From an uncultured cyanobacterium (GTDB lineage Bacteria > Cyanobacteriota > Cyanobacteriia > Pseudanabaenales > Pseudanabaenaceae), in the NCBI GenBank assembly GCA_963703315.1, contig OY969811.1:416001-480000 (forward strand): 64,000 bases of DNA, written 5' to 3'. The translations under genes and the position numbers were made by a program. Below, in pieces: positions 30,684 through 41,287 of this stretch (position 1 is its first letter; each line of letters starts with the position of its first letter). The notes beneath the pieces were generated by a model. It did not search any database. It had not been told where the DNA came from and was given only the letters and a program-made list of their open reading frames with translations.

Positions 30684-30720
30684 AAAAAAAGCAGCACCAC
30701 TAAGTGGTGCTGCTTTTTTT
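30684..30720. terminator. Intrinsic terminator
   Basis: A7-gcagcaccac-taa-gtggtgctgc-T7. Confidence 0.85.
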
Positions 30721-30810
30721 ATTCCAAATTTTACCTTTCCCCTTATCAGCGCGGAGTAATGAAATCCAGTTTAATGCTATTATGTATATACAAAATGTAT
30801 TTATATTTCA

Positions 30811-31095
30811 ATGCAATTTGAGTGAGACGAAAATAAAAATCAGTTAAATCAGCAGAAACACGGTATTAGTTTTGAAGAGGCAAAGGAAATTTTCTATGAC
30901 ACCGTTTTTACTTCCATCAGTGAAAAATTTGACTATGGTGAAATCAGAGAAGTTAGTATCGGTGCAATTCAGAAGGTTTTGATTGTGGCTGTAGTGCATA
31001 CAGATCGTAGTGGTAAGGTTCGGATTATTTCGGCAAGAAAAGCTACCCTTAAAGAAAGAAGAAAATATAATGAATATCTCTCAGAAGCGCCTTGA
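30811..31095 (+). pseudogene. brnT: BrnT toxin with in-frame TGA at codon 5
   Basis: MQFE*DENKNQLNQQKHGISFEEA...RIISARKAT; TGA at 30823-30825 where the family has Trp. Confidence 0.8.
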
Positions 31096-31324
31096 AGAAA
31101 TCCTTAATATCCCTGATGATGCGATCGATACTTCAGATATTCCCGAACTGGGCGATCGCTTTTGGGAGAATGCAAAAATGGTAACTCCGATCACGAAAAA
31201 GGCGGTTTCGATTCGTTTGGATAGTGATGTTTTGGATTGGTTTAAGGGGCAAGGGAAGGGTTATCAATCAATAATTAATAATGTCTTGCGTACTTACGTC
31301 CATCACCAACAAAACAAAACATAA
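31070..31324 (+). CDS. brnA: BrnA antitoxin
   Basis: IDTSDIPEL...KKAVSIRLDSDVLDWFK..GKGYQS.IN..LR. Confidence 0.85.
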   Translation: MNISQKRLEEILNIPDDAIDTSDIPELGDRFWENAKMVTPITKKAVSIRLDSDVLDWFKGQGKGYQSIINNVLRTYVHHQQNKT

Positions 31325-31364
31325 ATCCTAATTTTTCTTTTTACCGTAAATATTGTAAACATTC

Positions 31365-31548
31365 GTAGGGGCATAGCATTCCCGCGACAATTTCTAAATT
31401 TTCAGGTTCCCTTGATTTGGGAATGCTATGCCCAATACCTGACAACGCAGGGACAATTTATCGATGAAAGCGAAGAGGGTTCTGCATTTGCGATTGGAGG
31501 TTTATGTGGGGTGTTTGAGAATGGTGGCGCAAATGCAAAACCCCTACA
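31365..31548. repeat. GTAG-type REP doublets
   Basis: gtaggggcatagcattccc...gggaatgctatgccc and gggttctgcatttgcg...cgcaaatgcaaaaccc-ctac. Confidence 0.6.
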
Positions 31549-31568
31549 AATTTTTTCCTTTTACGTTT

Positions 31569-31844
31569 TTACTTTTGCCTTGTCGCGTGGAGTTCTTGGA
31601 CTAGATTTGTTGCTAATCCTTCTAAATAGAGGGTGTCGTAACTGAGGTCTATTCCATTTGACCATTCCACTGAGCCAGCAACGACTCGTACTGAGGTAAA
31701 TAGCGCTGTGTTTTTTAGTTGGGTAAATACACCTTTGTTGAGGTATGGTTTCAAATCGAAAATTTTTTGTTCGCCATTTTCAAACCAGAGCATTAAACAA
31801 TAGTTCTCAAGGGGCTTAACTTTTTTGACGTAGGGATTCATCAT
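31569..31844 (-). CDS. DUF2442 family protein
   Basis: VKPLENYCL.L.FENGE...FDL.PYL..GVF..L....F..V......VEW.NG.D. Confidence 0.8.
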   Translation of the reverse strand: MMNPYVKKVKPLENYCLMLWFENGEQKIFDLKPYLNKGVFTQLKNTALFTSVRVVAGSVEWSNGIDLSYDTLYLEGLATNLVQELHATRQK

Positions 31845-31906
31845 AATCTAGGTTTTAATTTTAGCTCCAAAAAAACTACAATAAACTTAGTTTAAATTAT
31901 AAATTT

Positions 31907-32146
31907 ATGCAAAAGCCATTTGATCGCATTACGTTCAATCCGCAGATTATGGGCGGTAGAGCTTGTATTCGGGGAATGCGAATTACGGTTTCTTTGGTAT
32001 TAAGCTTGATTGCTAATGGTTTAACGAATATGGAAATCTTGAGCGAGTATCCTGATCTTGAGGCGGAGGACATTAGGGCGAGTCTTTTGTATGCGGCTTT
32101 TTTGGCGAATGAGGAGGTGCGGAGTTTTGTGGGGATGAGTGCGTGA
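31907..32146 (+). CDS. DUF433 putative antitoxin
   Basis: RITFNPQIMGGRACIRGMRI and EYPDLEAEDI. Confidence 0.88.
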   Translation: MQKPFDRITFNPQIMGGRACIRGMRITVSLVLSLIANGLTNMEILSEYPDLEAEDIRASLLYAAFLANEEVRSFVGMSA

Positions 32147-32505
32147 AGCTTTTGGCAGATATGGGAGTTTCCCAAACGGTTGTGAAGTCGTTGAGGGAAA
32201 TGGGGTATGATGCAAAACACTTAAGGGAAGAGGGGTTGCAATGTTTGCCAGATCCGTTGATTATTGAGAAAGCAAAAATTGAAGGTCGGGTGATCTTAAC
32301 TTTCGATTTGGATTTTGGCGATTTGATGGCTGCGAGTCAGGATGATCTGCCGAGTGTGATTATCTTTCGCTTAAAAAACACGTCACCTTTGTTTGTTTTG
32401 AGTAGATTGCAAGGTGTTCTAGAAAGTTGCTCTGAGGAGCTAACAGTAGGTGCTTTGGCGATCGTATCTGATGAGCGTTATCGGCTAAGACGCTTACCAA
32501 TTTAG
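32143..32505 (+). CDS. DUF5615 PIN-like putative toxin
   Basis: MKLLADMGVS, ILTFDLDFG and PSVIIFRL. Confidence 0.85.
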   Translation: MKLLADMGVSQTVVKSLREMGYDAKHLREEGLQCLPDPLIIEKAKIEGRVILTFDLDFGDLMAASQDDLPSVIIFRLKNTSPLFVLSRLQGVLESCSEELTVGALAIVSDERYRLRRLPI

Positions 32506-32586
32506 CTTTTTCCTTTTACCCTTTTACTTTTGCCTTGTCAGGGGTTAGTTCTTTTTCTGGTTGAATGGTTTCTCGTTCCTATGGTT

Positions 32587-35500
32587 CTAAGGTTTCGTAT
32601 TGAAGACTTCGGGAATTGCTGTCCAATCGCCAGAAGAGATAAAGGCTGCCCAATAGTAAGGATATTGATATTTTTTGAGTAGATCTAGCTGAATCGTTTT
32701 GAGAGATTGGCTGCGCCCTTGATTTGCCTTGAGATTTTTGTAATAGCTCTCGACTAACTCCCTTGTGGTTTGGTCATTGACTTTCCAGAGGCTCATTACT
32801 TGACTCTCGGCTCCTGCGAGGGTAAAGGCGCGGCGTAAGCCATATACGCCTTCGCCGTTAATGACTTCGCCTAGCCCTGTTTCATTTGTGGATAGAAATA
32901 CGAGCTTAGTTCCGCGCAGATCGATGGTAGTGACATCTTGGGCTGTGAGTAAGCCATTGCAATTTGAGTCGGAGTCACTGCAAGATTGGCGCTGATTGAA
33001 GTTAGCGAGAACTAGGGCGGAACGTGAGAGGGGATTTTGACGGATCGGGGTGTCGGGGTTGGTGTTGGGTGGATCGGGTAGGAAGAATCCGTGGGTGGCA
33101 AAGTGGAGAATACTAGGGCTGCGGAGTTGTTTAGCGGCGGCTTTAGTGGCTTGGGAATGGCTCAGTAATCGTGATTGTGGCAACAGCGTCAGAATTGCAT
33201 TGGTTTCGGCGGCAACATTTGGGATAGGACAAAATATTATGTTGACTAAAGGAGTTATTTCTTCACCTTTTTCTTTATCTCTGGGGGCAATTTTGGATTC
33301 GCAGGGGTTGCGACCAATTAAACCAATTAATTTGTCTGAGGGGTTGCCGAAGTCGGGATCGGAGAAAAGAACGGGATTTTGGAGATTGATGCCTGTGCGT
33401 TTTAGGTGCAGCAAGTCTCGACCAGATGAGAGATAGGTGATGTCGTAGGTTTCGAGGAGGAAGCGGTTCTGCTCGTCAACTAGGGCGGCAAAGGGGATGA
33501 GGTTGAGTTGGCTATCAGGTGAAATGAGCAGATGACGGGCGTTGCCTAGTAATGGACGGATCGGTTGCATTAGTTTTTTGTCAAGTTCACGGGCGGATTG
33601 TTTGACTTCGGCTATGGTTAATTGCGGATCGGAGTCGCGATCGGGATTTTTGGGGTTGCGTCCTATGGCTTGGCGAAATGTTTGAATTGATGGCTCTAGG
33701 GTTGCTGCTTCGCCGAGATCTACCCATTTGGGTTCGCCTTGGGAATGGAGGATATAGGCAACGTAGCGAGGATTACCCCATTTGTCTTTATCCAGTGCGG
33801 CTTTAGGATTGAATGGACTGTAGCGAAATAGTTCGATGAGGACAGCATCGGTGGGGATTTGTTTTTGGACTGCCTCGATAGCGACAGTTTCGTTGAGCGT
33901 TTGCAGTTCAGCACTGCGTCGGTTAAGGTTGGATTCTAGTTCTTCGGTTTGTTGCTGGAGGGTGCGATATTTGTCGATGGGGGTATTTTTTAGGGCCAAG
34001 TTGGCGAGTTGGCTTTTGAGGGATAGCCAGCGATCGAATTGTGGTTGGATGTCGGGAGTGATGTATTGGCGGAGGGTTTGCAGGTTGGTTGATAATATAT
34101 CGAGCAAGCGACCTTTGCGTTGCAAAATGGCGGTTAGGGCTAGACGAATGGCGGCGGGATTTGTGGGGGCGGATTGGACGTGGAAGGAAATAGTGGACTT
34201 CGTTGTTCCAGAAACAGTTTGGATATAAGCCTGTTTTTGAGTTTCCGTGCCAAATGCTAGATTAAGTTTCAGGTTATGTTCTTCAACTTCAAGCCCTTTT
34301 TGGAAAAATGTAACTGCGCGATCAATATTCCCCTGTCCTTGATACAACACCGCGAGATTATTGAGACTTTTAACGACATCGGGATGCTCGGTTCCTAATG
34401 CTTTTTCTCGAATCGCGAGGGAACGTTTATATAGTGGTTCGGCAGCTAGGTCGTTCCCCTGTGACCGATATAACTCTGCTAGATTGTTGAGGCTTTGAGC
34501 AACATCAGGATGTTCGGTTCCTAATGCTTTTTCTTGAATCGCAAGGGAACGTTTATATAGTGGTTCGGCAGCTAGGTCGTTCCCCTGTGACCGATATAAC
34601 TCTGCTAGATTGTTGAGGCTTTGAGCAACATCAGGATGTTCGGTTCCTAATGCTTTTTCTTGAATCGCAAGGGAACGTTTATATAGTGGTTCGGCGGCTA
34701 GGTCGTTCCCCTGTGACCGATATAACTCTGCTAGATTATTGAGGCTTTGAGCAACATCAGGATGTTCGGTTCCTAATGCTTTTTCTTGAATCGCAAGGGA
34801 ACGTTTATATAGTGGTTCGGCGGCTAGGTCGTTCCCCTGTGACCGATATAACTCTGCTAGATTATTGAGGCTTTGAGCGACATCGGGATGTTCGGTTCCT
34901 AATGCTTTTTCTAGAATTGCGAGGGAACGTTTATATAGTGGTTCGGCGGCTGGATAGTTCCCCTGTGACCGATATAACACTGCGAGATTATTGAGGCTAG
35001 ACGCGACATTGGGATTCTCGGCTCCTAATACCTTTTCTCGAATTGCGAGGGAACGTTTATATAGTGGTTCGGCGGCTGGATAGTTCCCCTGTGACCGATA
35101 TAACACTGCGAGATTATTGAGGCTTTGGGCGACATCGGGATGCTCGGCTCCTAATGCCTTTTCTCGAATCGCGAGGGAACGTTTATATAGTGGTTCGGCG
35201 GCTGGGTAGTTCCCTTGTATCTGATATAACGCTGCGAGATTATTGAGACTATTGGCGACAAGGGGATGCTCAACTCCTAATGCTTTTTCTTGAATCGCAA
35301 GGGAACGTTTATATAGTGGTTCGGCGGCTGAGTAGTTTCCGAGTTTTTCGTATGTGACACCTAGATTACCTAGTGCCCTGCTCTCACTCAATATGTCTCC
35401 ACTTTTCTTCGCGATTGCTAATACATGTTGTTGGTACTCAATAGCTTTTTCATATTTGCCAAGGGTATTGTAAAGGATACCTAAATTTTCCAGTGCTAAG

Positions 35501-35904
35501 CGTTCACTCAGATTATCTTTGATTTCTCGCGAAACGACTAATGATTGTTGATAAAAATCTACAGCTTTTTGAAGTTGTCCAAGACTATCATAGACTAAAC
35601 CTAAGTAGTTAAGGCTTTGACCCTCTACTTTCCGATCTCCATTCTTTCGACTTATAGTTAGGATCTTTTGAAAGGATACTGCTGACTGAGCTAGATTACC
35701 CTGTTGGTAGAATGTAGTCCCCTCTTGAAAAATGTTGTTGTTTGATGTATCTTCAGAAACACTCAATATTCGAGAAGTAGAAATAATCTCGATATTATCT
35801 TTTCCTAATACAGTCTCTTGAACTTTTTTGAGAATCTCTAATGTCTTTGAACTCTTATCATTATAAGCTCTTGCTAAGTCGCTTACTAATGGTTTTAATG
35901 AAGC
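32587..35904 (-). pseudogene. C-terminal part (TPR array plus CHAT-like domain) of the IS-interrupted AAA_35-TPR-CHAT gene
   Basis: Frame open up to the IS630 junction; 42-aa TPR repeats; LHFATHG; LSTNETG where CHAT domains have LSACET; PYYWAAF. Confidence 0.85.
34345..35340. repeat. Eight near-identical 126-bp coding repeats (kinesin-light-chain-type TPR)
   Basis: gggaacgtttatatagtggttcggc at 34419, 34545, ... 35301 with an exact 126-bp period. Confidence 0.95.
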
Positions 35905-35906
35905 TA

Positions 35907-36862
35907 TAGCTATAGCCAGCTAGGTTAGGACATAAAATAGAAAGAAACCGAGACATCTGAGCAACAACAATGCCAAAACCATATAGTTACGATTTGCGTC
36001 AAAAGGTAATGCAAGCAATCGAAATGGATGGACTGAAGAAAAATGAAGCCAGTCAATTGTTCGGGATTAGTCGAAACACAATCAACTTGTGGTTTGAGAG
36101 ACGGGAAGAAACAGGAGATATAACCGTGAAGGCAAGAGCATCGTCTAGTCAGAAGCCCAAAATTAGCGACTGGGAAAAGTTTCGAGAATTTGTCAAAGAG
36201 CATGAGGATAAGACCCAAGCAGAGATGGCAGAATTATGGGGAAATATCAGTCAAAGGTCTATATCACGAGCGTTAAAACAGATAGGATTTACCCGTAAAA
36301 AAAAACTTATGGTTATCGGGAACGAGATGAAGAAAAACGTAATGAGTTTCGCACAGCCTTAGGCGATCCAAAAGCATCCCACTTAGTTTACGTTGATGAA
36401 TCAGGTATGGATGAACGTGATAATTATGGATATGGATGGTCTGCAAAAGGTGAGCGAATTCATGGACTCAAAGCAGGTCGTCGCCAAGGACGTATTAATA
36501 TGATTGCGGGATATCGAGATGGACAACTAATTGCCCCCTTTACAATTAAAGGCTGTTGCAACCGCAACGTATTTGAAATCTGGTTAGAATCTTGCTTGAT
36601 TCCAACGCTCAAGGCTGGGCAATGGGTAATTATCGATAATGCTACTTTTCATCATGGTGGACGCATTCAGGATTTGATAGTAGCAGCAGGATGTAAGGTC
36701 GTCTATCTACCTCCATATTCTCCAGACCTTAATCGCATTGAGAAATGTTGGGCTTGGCTGAAATCTCGCATCCGCAAACTCCTACGTGATTCAGCTAATC
36801 TTCATGATGCTATTGACTCCGTTCTTGCCCTTGCTGCGTCCTAACTTGACTGGCTATAGCTA
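35907..36862 (+). mobile_element. IS630 family insertion sequence (956 bp)
   Basis: 25-bp TIRs (22/25 match); TA duplicated at 35905-35906 and 36863-36864; HTH orfA plus DDE orfB. Confidence 0.93.
35970..36844 (+). CDS. IS630 transposase, two ORFs joined by a -1 frameshift at an A9 run (36297-36305)
   Basis: MPKPYSYDLRQKV; the -1 frame reads KTYGYRERDE...YVDESG...IDNATFH...YLPPYSPDLNRIE. Confidence 0.88.
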
Positions 36863-38704
36863 TAACTTGCTTTGAACCTGTGTTAATTCACTCATAGCAT
36901 TACTTTGCTCTAGCTTTACTCTTGCTACTTCAGTTCGTGCGGTTTCTGCCTTTTTAATAGCCTCTTCAGCTTGCCTATCTGATTTGTCTAAGTTATCCCT
37001 AGTTGCTATCAGATCTTGATTTACCTGTTGGAAGTTTTCTTCAGAAGACTGTTGCGCTAACTCTGCCTCTTGTTGGGCTTTTCTTGCTTCCTCAGCTTGT
37101 TTTTCCGCTTGTTGCTTATTTTGAATCGCTATTTGAGAACTTTGATTAGCATCCTGAATTTGCTTCGCCAATCCATTTTTTTCTGACTGTAAATGATTCT
37201 TTTGTTGTTCTAAATTGGTTTTTTCTGCCTTAATCCCATTCAGTTGTGCTTGAGCATTGCCTAAATCTAGATTTTTCTGACCCGCAAACACTGTTGCAAT
37301 AGCTGCTCCTGACAGGGATAGACTGAGAATGATTAAACTAAAGAGAATTTTTTTGTTAGCTTTTCTGTGAGCTTGAGATAGAACTTCATTCGCTTCCTTT
37401 TCGGCTGTGAGAGCAAGTTGAATATTACGCTTCTCTGCATTTCGACTATCACGCAAAAACTGCTCATCTTCATCACTCAGTCGTTTCCCCTTTGCCCAAT
37501 CTTCTGCACCCTCTAGAGCTTGTCCTCGCAGTAAAAAAGACTCTTTCTGTTCATCACTTCCTACTTTCCAAGCTCTAAAAGCTTCCGCATAAAACTCTGG
37601 ACGCAAATCCGCTAACTGACCCTCCACCCAAGCATTATTAAACACCGCCCCATAGATCGGATTATAGGAAACCAACCGCCCATCCCGTCGCACCACCAAC
37701 CCCGTCAACCGCAACTTCGATCGCTCCTCACTGCGATCATCTTCCAACTCCCCATCCGCCAACACCTGCTGATAGCAACCCAACATCCGCCCCCGCAGCT
37801 TCTCCTCCACACTCAGCACGCGATCCCTAATCGTCGTCAAATGTGGCGGCGCATCCTGCGATTCCCAATTCGTGACAATCCGTTCCTGTACTAAATTCTC
37901 AACCCAATCCGCAATATTTTCAGGCGGTGCGATTCCTGCTAACTCCTTCTCCATCATTCCCAACAATCGCTGAATCAGAAAAGGCTGTCCACCCGTCCAT
38001 TTCACCGCCTCAGCTAGATAATCCTGTGGATTCGCCACCTTACTCGCTAAACCCTGCATCAAGGGCAAAGCCTCCGTCAGTGTAAACCCCGCCATCTCCA
38101 CCGCATAGCCAATATTAAATGCCGAAGTATTATGACTCTGAATCAAATCCGTCGGTGTCGCCACTCCCAAAAATGAAAAAGTGAGGCGGTTATAGTCAGG
38201 CTTAGTGGGACGATCTTCAAAAAACGATCGCACTAAACCAAAGAAATCATCCATGCCAAACTTGAGACTCAACAGGCGATCTATTTCTTCCACAAAAATC
38301 ACAATCGGCGTATCAATCTCTTGCAACACCACTGTCTCAATAAATTCCGCAAAGCGTTGCACAGGTGACAGCAATTCTCGTTCCCTAATCCAGCTCCGCA
38401 AATCAAACTTACTTTTTAAATCCAGATCTCCCACCAAACTGCGAATTGCACTGGCATACCACTGCTCGCAAGTCACCTCCACGCCAATCTTCTGCGGATC
38501 GATCGTCGCGCATACAATCCCCTCCGCTTGCAACTTATGCGTCACCCGCACCCGCAAACTCGATTTCCCCATCTGTCGACAGTTAAACACATAGCAATAT
38601 TTCCGCTCCTTGAGTAACTCGTAATAGTCGCGATCGCATTGACGCTCCACATAACTAGGCGCATCCGCAGGGAGACTACCACCAACTTGATAATTAAAAG
38701 TCAT
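36860..38704 (-). pseudogene. N-terminal part (AAA_35 NTPase, TM, coiled coil) of the IS-interrupted gene
   Basis: YQVGGSL, RQMGKSSL, FVEEID, FNIG and WTGGQPFL; its stop codon lies in the IS end. Confidence 0.85.
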
Positions 38705-38750
38705 AGCTTTTGTTGCTTGTACTGTGGTTTAGGGCGGGTGATTGCAATCT

Positions 38751-38823
38751 GTAGGGTGTGGCGTCAGCGTAACGCACTCAATAACCGCAAATGATGCGTT
38801 ACGCGATCGTTAACACATCCTAC
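38751..38823. repeat. GTAG-type REP doublet
   Basis: gtagggtgtg...gcgtaacgca...tgcgttacgc...cacatcctac. Confidence 0.6.
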
Positions 38824-38842
38824 GACGCATAGTTTTTTTAAC

Positions 38843-39178
38843 TTAAGCGATCGCATAACCAGTATAGGGACGCACATCCGCAGGATGAAAAGCTAACACA
38901 ATATCACTAGCTGGGATTCCTGCTGCAACTAATTCTAGAGTTACACCATCCTCAGTTTCATCGCGCTGTACCCATATTTTCCCATTGATAATATCAAGAT
39001 GAATCAGGCAACCATGTACGCGGGTTTTCCGATCCCAGCCAAGAGTCATTAATAAATAACTATCATGTACTTCGTCAAAGAGAGGCTTACAAATTAATTC
39101 CCCGTGAGAATAAGGGATTTCAGTATAAGTAAGCAAAATTGACTGAACGATCTTGCGGTATTTAGCTAGCTTTTCCAT
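38843..39178 (-). CDS. xisI: XisI family protein
   Basis: LIHLDIINGKIWVQRDETEDGV..ELV.AGIP..DIVLAFH. Confidence 0.92.
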   Translation of the reverse strand: MEKLAKYRKIVQSILLTYTEIPYSHGELICKPLFDEVHDSYLLMTLGWDRKTRVHGCLIHLDIINGKIWVQRDETEDGVTLELVAAGIPASDIVLAFHPADVRPYTGYAIA

Positions 39179-39582
39179 TGTAAAATTTCCTCCTTTTCAG
39201 CATCAAATATAATTAGTTTAAGATTCTCATCTTCAATTAAAATTTGTCCAATTGGCTCCTCAAAAAAAGACGTGTAGATAACATCTCGAATTGCTAGATA
39301 TAAAATGAAATCTGGATAAGTGCGACGTAAAACAGCGCGATAGATTGCAAATTGACCTACAGCATCTCGGAAAGACTGCATTTCAGATAACCCAAGAAAG
39401 CTTTTGACTTCCACTGCAATTTTCTGTTCTGACCTCTCGGCAATAATTAATCTTTTCGCGCCCAAATCCACATACATATCTTTGCGTCCCCATCTTAGAT
39501 GTAAAGGATCATGCGTGATTGTCCAACCATCTTTAATGAGGGCTTGTTTAGCAGCATTGTGATAAATGTCAAGGGCTGGCAT
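39166..39582 (-). CDS. xisH: XisH family PD-(D/E)XK-like protein
   Basis: ALIKDGWTITHDP, DLGA and KIAVEVKSF. Confidence 0.92.
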   Translation of the reverse strand: MPALDIYHNAAKQALIKDGWTITHDPLHLRWGRKDMYVDLGAKRLIIAERSEQKIAVEVKSFLGLSEMQSFRDAVGQFAIYRAVLRRTYPDFILYLAIRDVIYTSFFEEPIGQILIEDENLKLIIFDAEKEEILQWKS

Positions 39583-39591
39583 AAGGCTAAT

Positions 39592-41202
39592 TTACACTCC
39601 TAAACGGTTTTGGAAATAGCGCCGATATAGCTCATTGCGGATCTTTACACCTGTTTCTGTGCGTAATATTAAACCCATTCCATCTAACTTTGCCGTAGTC
39701 GCCAGATCAAAACGGATTGGTTGTGGTGAGTTAACCAGCGATCGCAAAACTTCGCTGAGATGAACATCTTTCTCAACCTTGGCTAAACGTGTGGTGAGGT
39801 GTTTGCCAAAAAGTCCCACTTCCGTCGCCGCACTTTGGAGGATCTGCTCAAGAGAATTTGCACCACTAGCTAAATTATAGAAAGCCATCCGTACAAGGTA
39901 AGGATGACCACCCACCAAATTAGCGATCGGTTCTATTTGTGTGGCTGATAATCCGTGCAATGTTGCCAATTGTTGAACTTGAGCAATAGTGAATTCATCC
40001 AAATCGATTGGTGTACCAACATTAAAAGGAGATTGATTAATATCTTTGGTGGTAAAAGATTCCATCGAATAGGCAAGCACTAGCCGCAACTTGCCCCATC
40101 TTTTGTCATGCTTACCCTGCTCATGCCAACCGCGCAACAAACCGCAAAAATCCACCTCGATCGCTTCGTGTAGAAATATGCGATCCAGATTTTCGATCGC
40201 AATCACCAACGGGCGATCGTCATCATCATTCAATAAATATCTTTCAAAAAATTCCTCACAGTTGCTGTTAGCGCCAAACATCTCATCCCAATCATCCGTC
40301 GGTTTCGCCTTCACTCCAAAATCACGCCCAATCACCGCACAAAACCACTGCAAAAAGCGATCCATATTTTCAAAGAACTTACGATCGCACTTTTGCAAAT
40401 CCAACCATGTCGTGCGATCACCCAGCCGTCGCGCTTCTTCCAAGACGCGCACCAACAGCGAAGACTTACCCATGCGATCAGGTGATTTTAAACGCAGCAA
40501 GGCATGGGGCATAGCGATCGCTTTAAAACATTGTTCCTGTTGCGGCGATCGCGGAATATAAAAATCTGAACCAATCCGTACCGCGCCTTCAGGTTCTTCG
40601 ATCGCGATATTTACCTTCGGCAAGACCTGACTTTCATGACTGCGCTCTAATAAAACAGGCGTTTGCGCTTCAGGGATATTTTTAAGAGCTATTAAGTTTT
40701 TACCCAACTCAAAAGCCTCTTTAACCGATCGCCCCTCAAATAACGCTCCATAAAATCCCTTAGCAAACTCGATCGCCGCCAAATCACCGATCGCCTGATT
40801 CATCCCCAATACATACGGCACATAACGAGCGATCGCCTCCGCTTGAAACTCTGAGAAGCAAGCATTCAGCACCACGCAGTCAATCCCATTTTGGAGAATG
40901 CGAAATAAATTTGCCAAAGCTTCAGTGGGTGCAAGTTGCCATTCGCCTGCATCATTTTCCAAAACCAAGCCATTCGCCGCCGCCCCATGTCCTGAGAAAT
41001 GCACTACACGCGGCACTTCCTGAAGCAAAATTGGCTGCAAGTCATCAATGCGTACTGCTGCCTTAGCGACAATGGCAAAGCGATCGCGCAAACTCGACTT
41101 CTGTAAGCATTCTTCAATTTCGCGAAACTCGGCTTCTACCCGCAAGCGATCAGTATTCGCAGGATTAGCAGACAGCAGCAGTACTTTTTTCTTATCTATC
41201 AT
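39592..41202 (-). CDS. CHAT (caspase-like) protease fused to AAA_35 NTPase
   Basis: LLSANP, VVHFSGHG, VVLNACFS; PDRMGKSSL, SPFNVG and GGHPYL. Confidence 0.88.
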   Translation of the reverse strand: MIDKKKVLLLSANPANTDRLRVEAEFREIEECLQKSSLRDRFAIVAKAAVRIDDLQPILLQEVPRVVHFSGHGAAANGLVLENDAGEWQLAPTEALANLFRILQNGIDCVVLNACFSEFQAEAIARYVPYVLGMNQAIGDLAAIEFAKGFYGALFEGRSVKEAFELGKNLIALKNIPEAQTPVLLERSHESQVLPKVNIAIEEPEGAVRIGSDFYIPRSPQQEQCFKAIAMPHALLRLKSPDRMGKSSLLVRVLEEARRLGDRTTWLDLQKCDRKFFENMDRFLQWFCAVIGRDFGVKAKPTDDWDEMFGANSNCEEFFERYLLNDDDDRPLVIAIENLDRIFLHEAIEVDFCGLLRGWHEQGKHDKRWGKLRLVLAYSMESFTTKDINQSPFNVGTPIDLDEFTIAQVQQLATLHGLSATQIEPIANLVGGHPYLVRMAFYNLASGANSLEQILQSAATEVGLFGKHLTTRLAKVEKDVHLSEVLRSLVNSPQPIRFDLATTAKLDGMGLILRTETGVKIRNELYRRYFQNRLGV

Positions 41203-41287
41203 GCGATCGGCATTAAAGTTATCTCTAGGTGAATTTTAGATGGCAATGCCAAGAGAGCGCTTGAATTTGCTTTGTTTTAAGATTTTA

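Noticed and set aside
34345..35340. 126-bp repeats as CRISPR or a non-coding array
   Set aside because: They are in-frame 42-aa TPR coding repeats.
36290..36410. IS630 transposase as a broken pseudogene
   Set aside because: The split at an A9 run with a -1 continuation is typical of frameshift-expressed IS630 elements.
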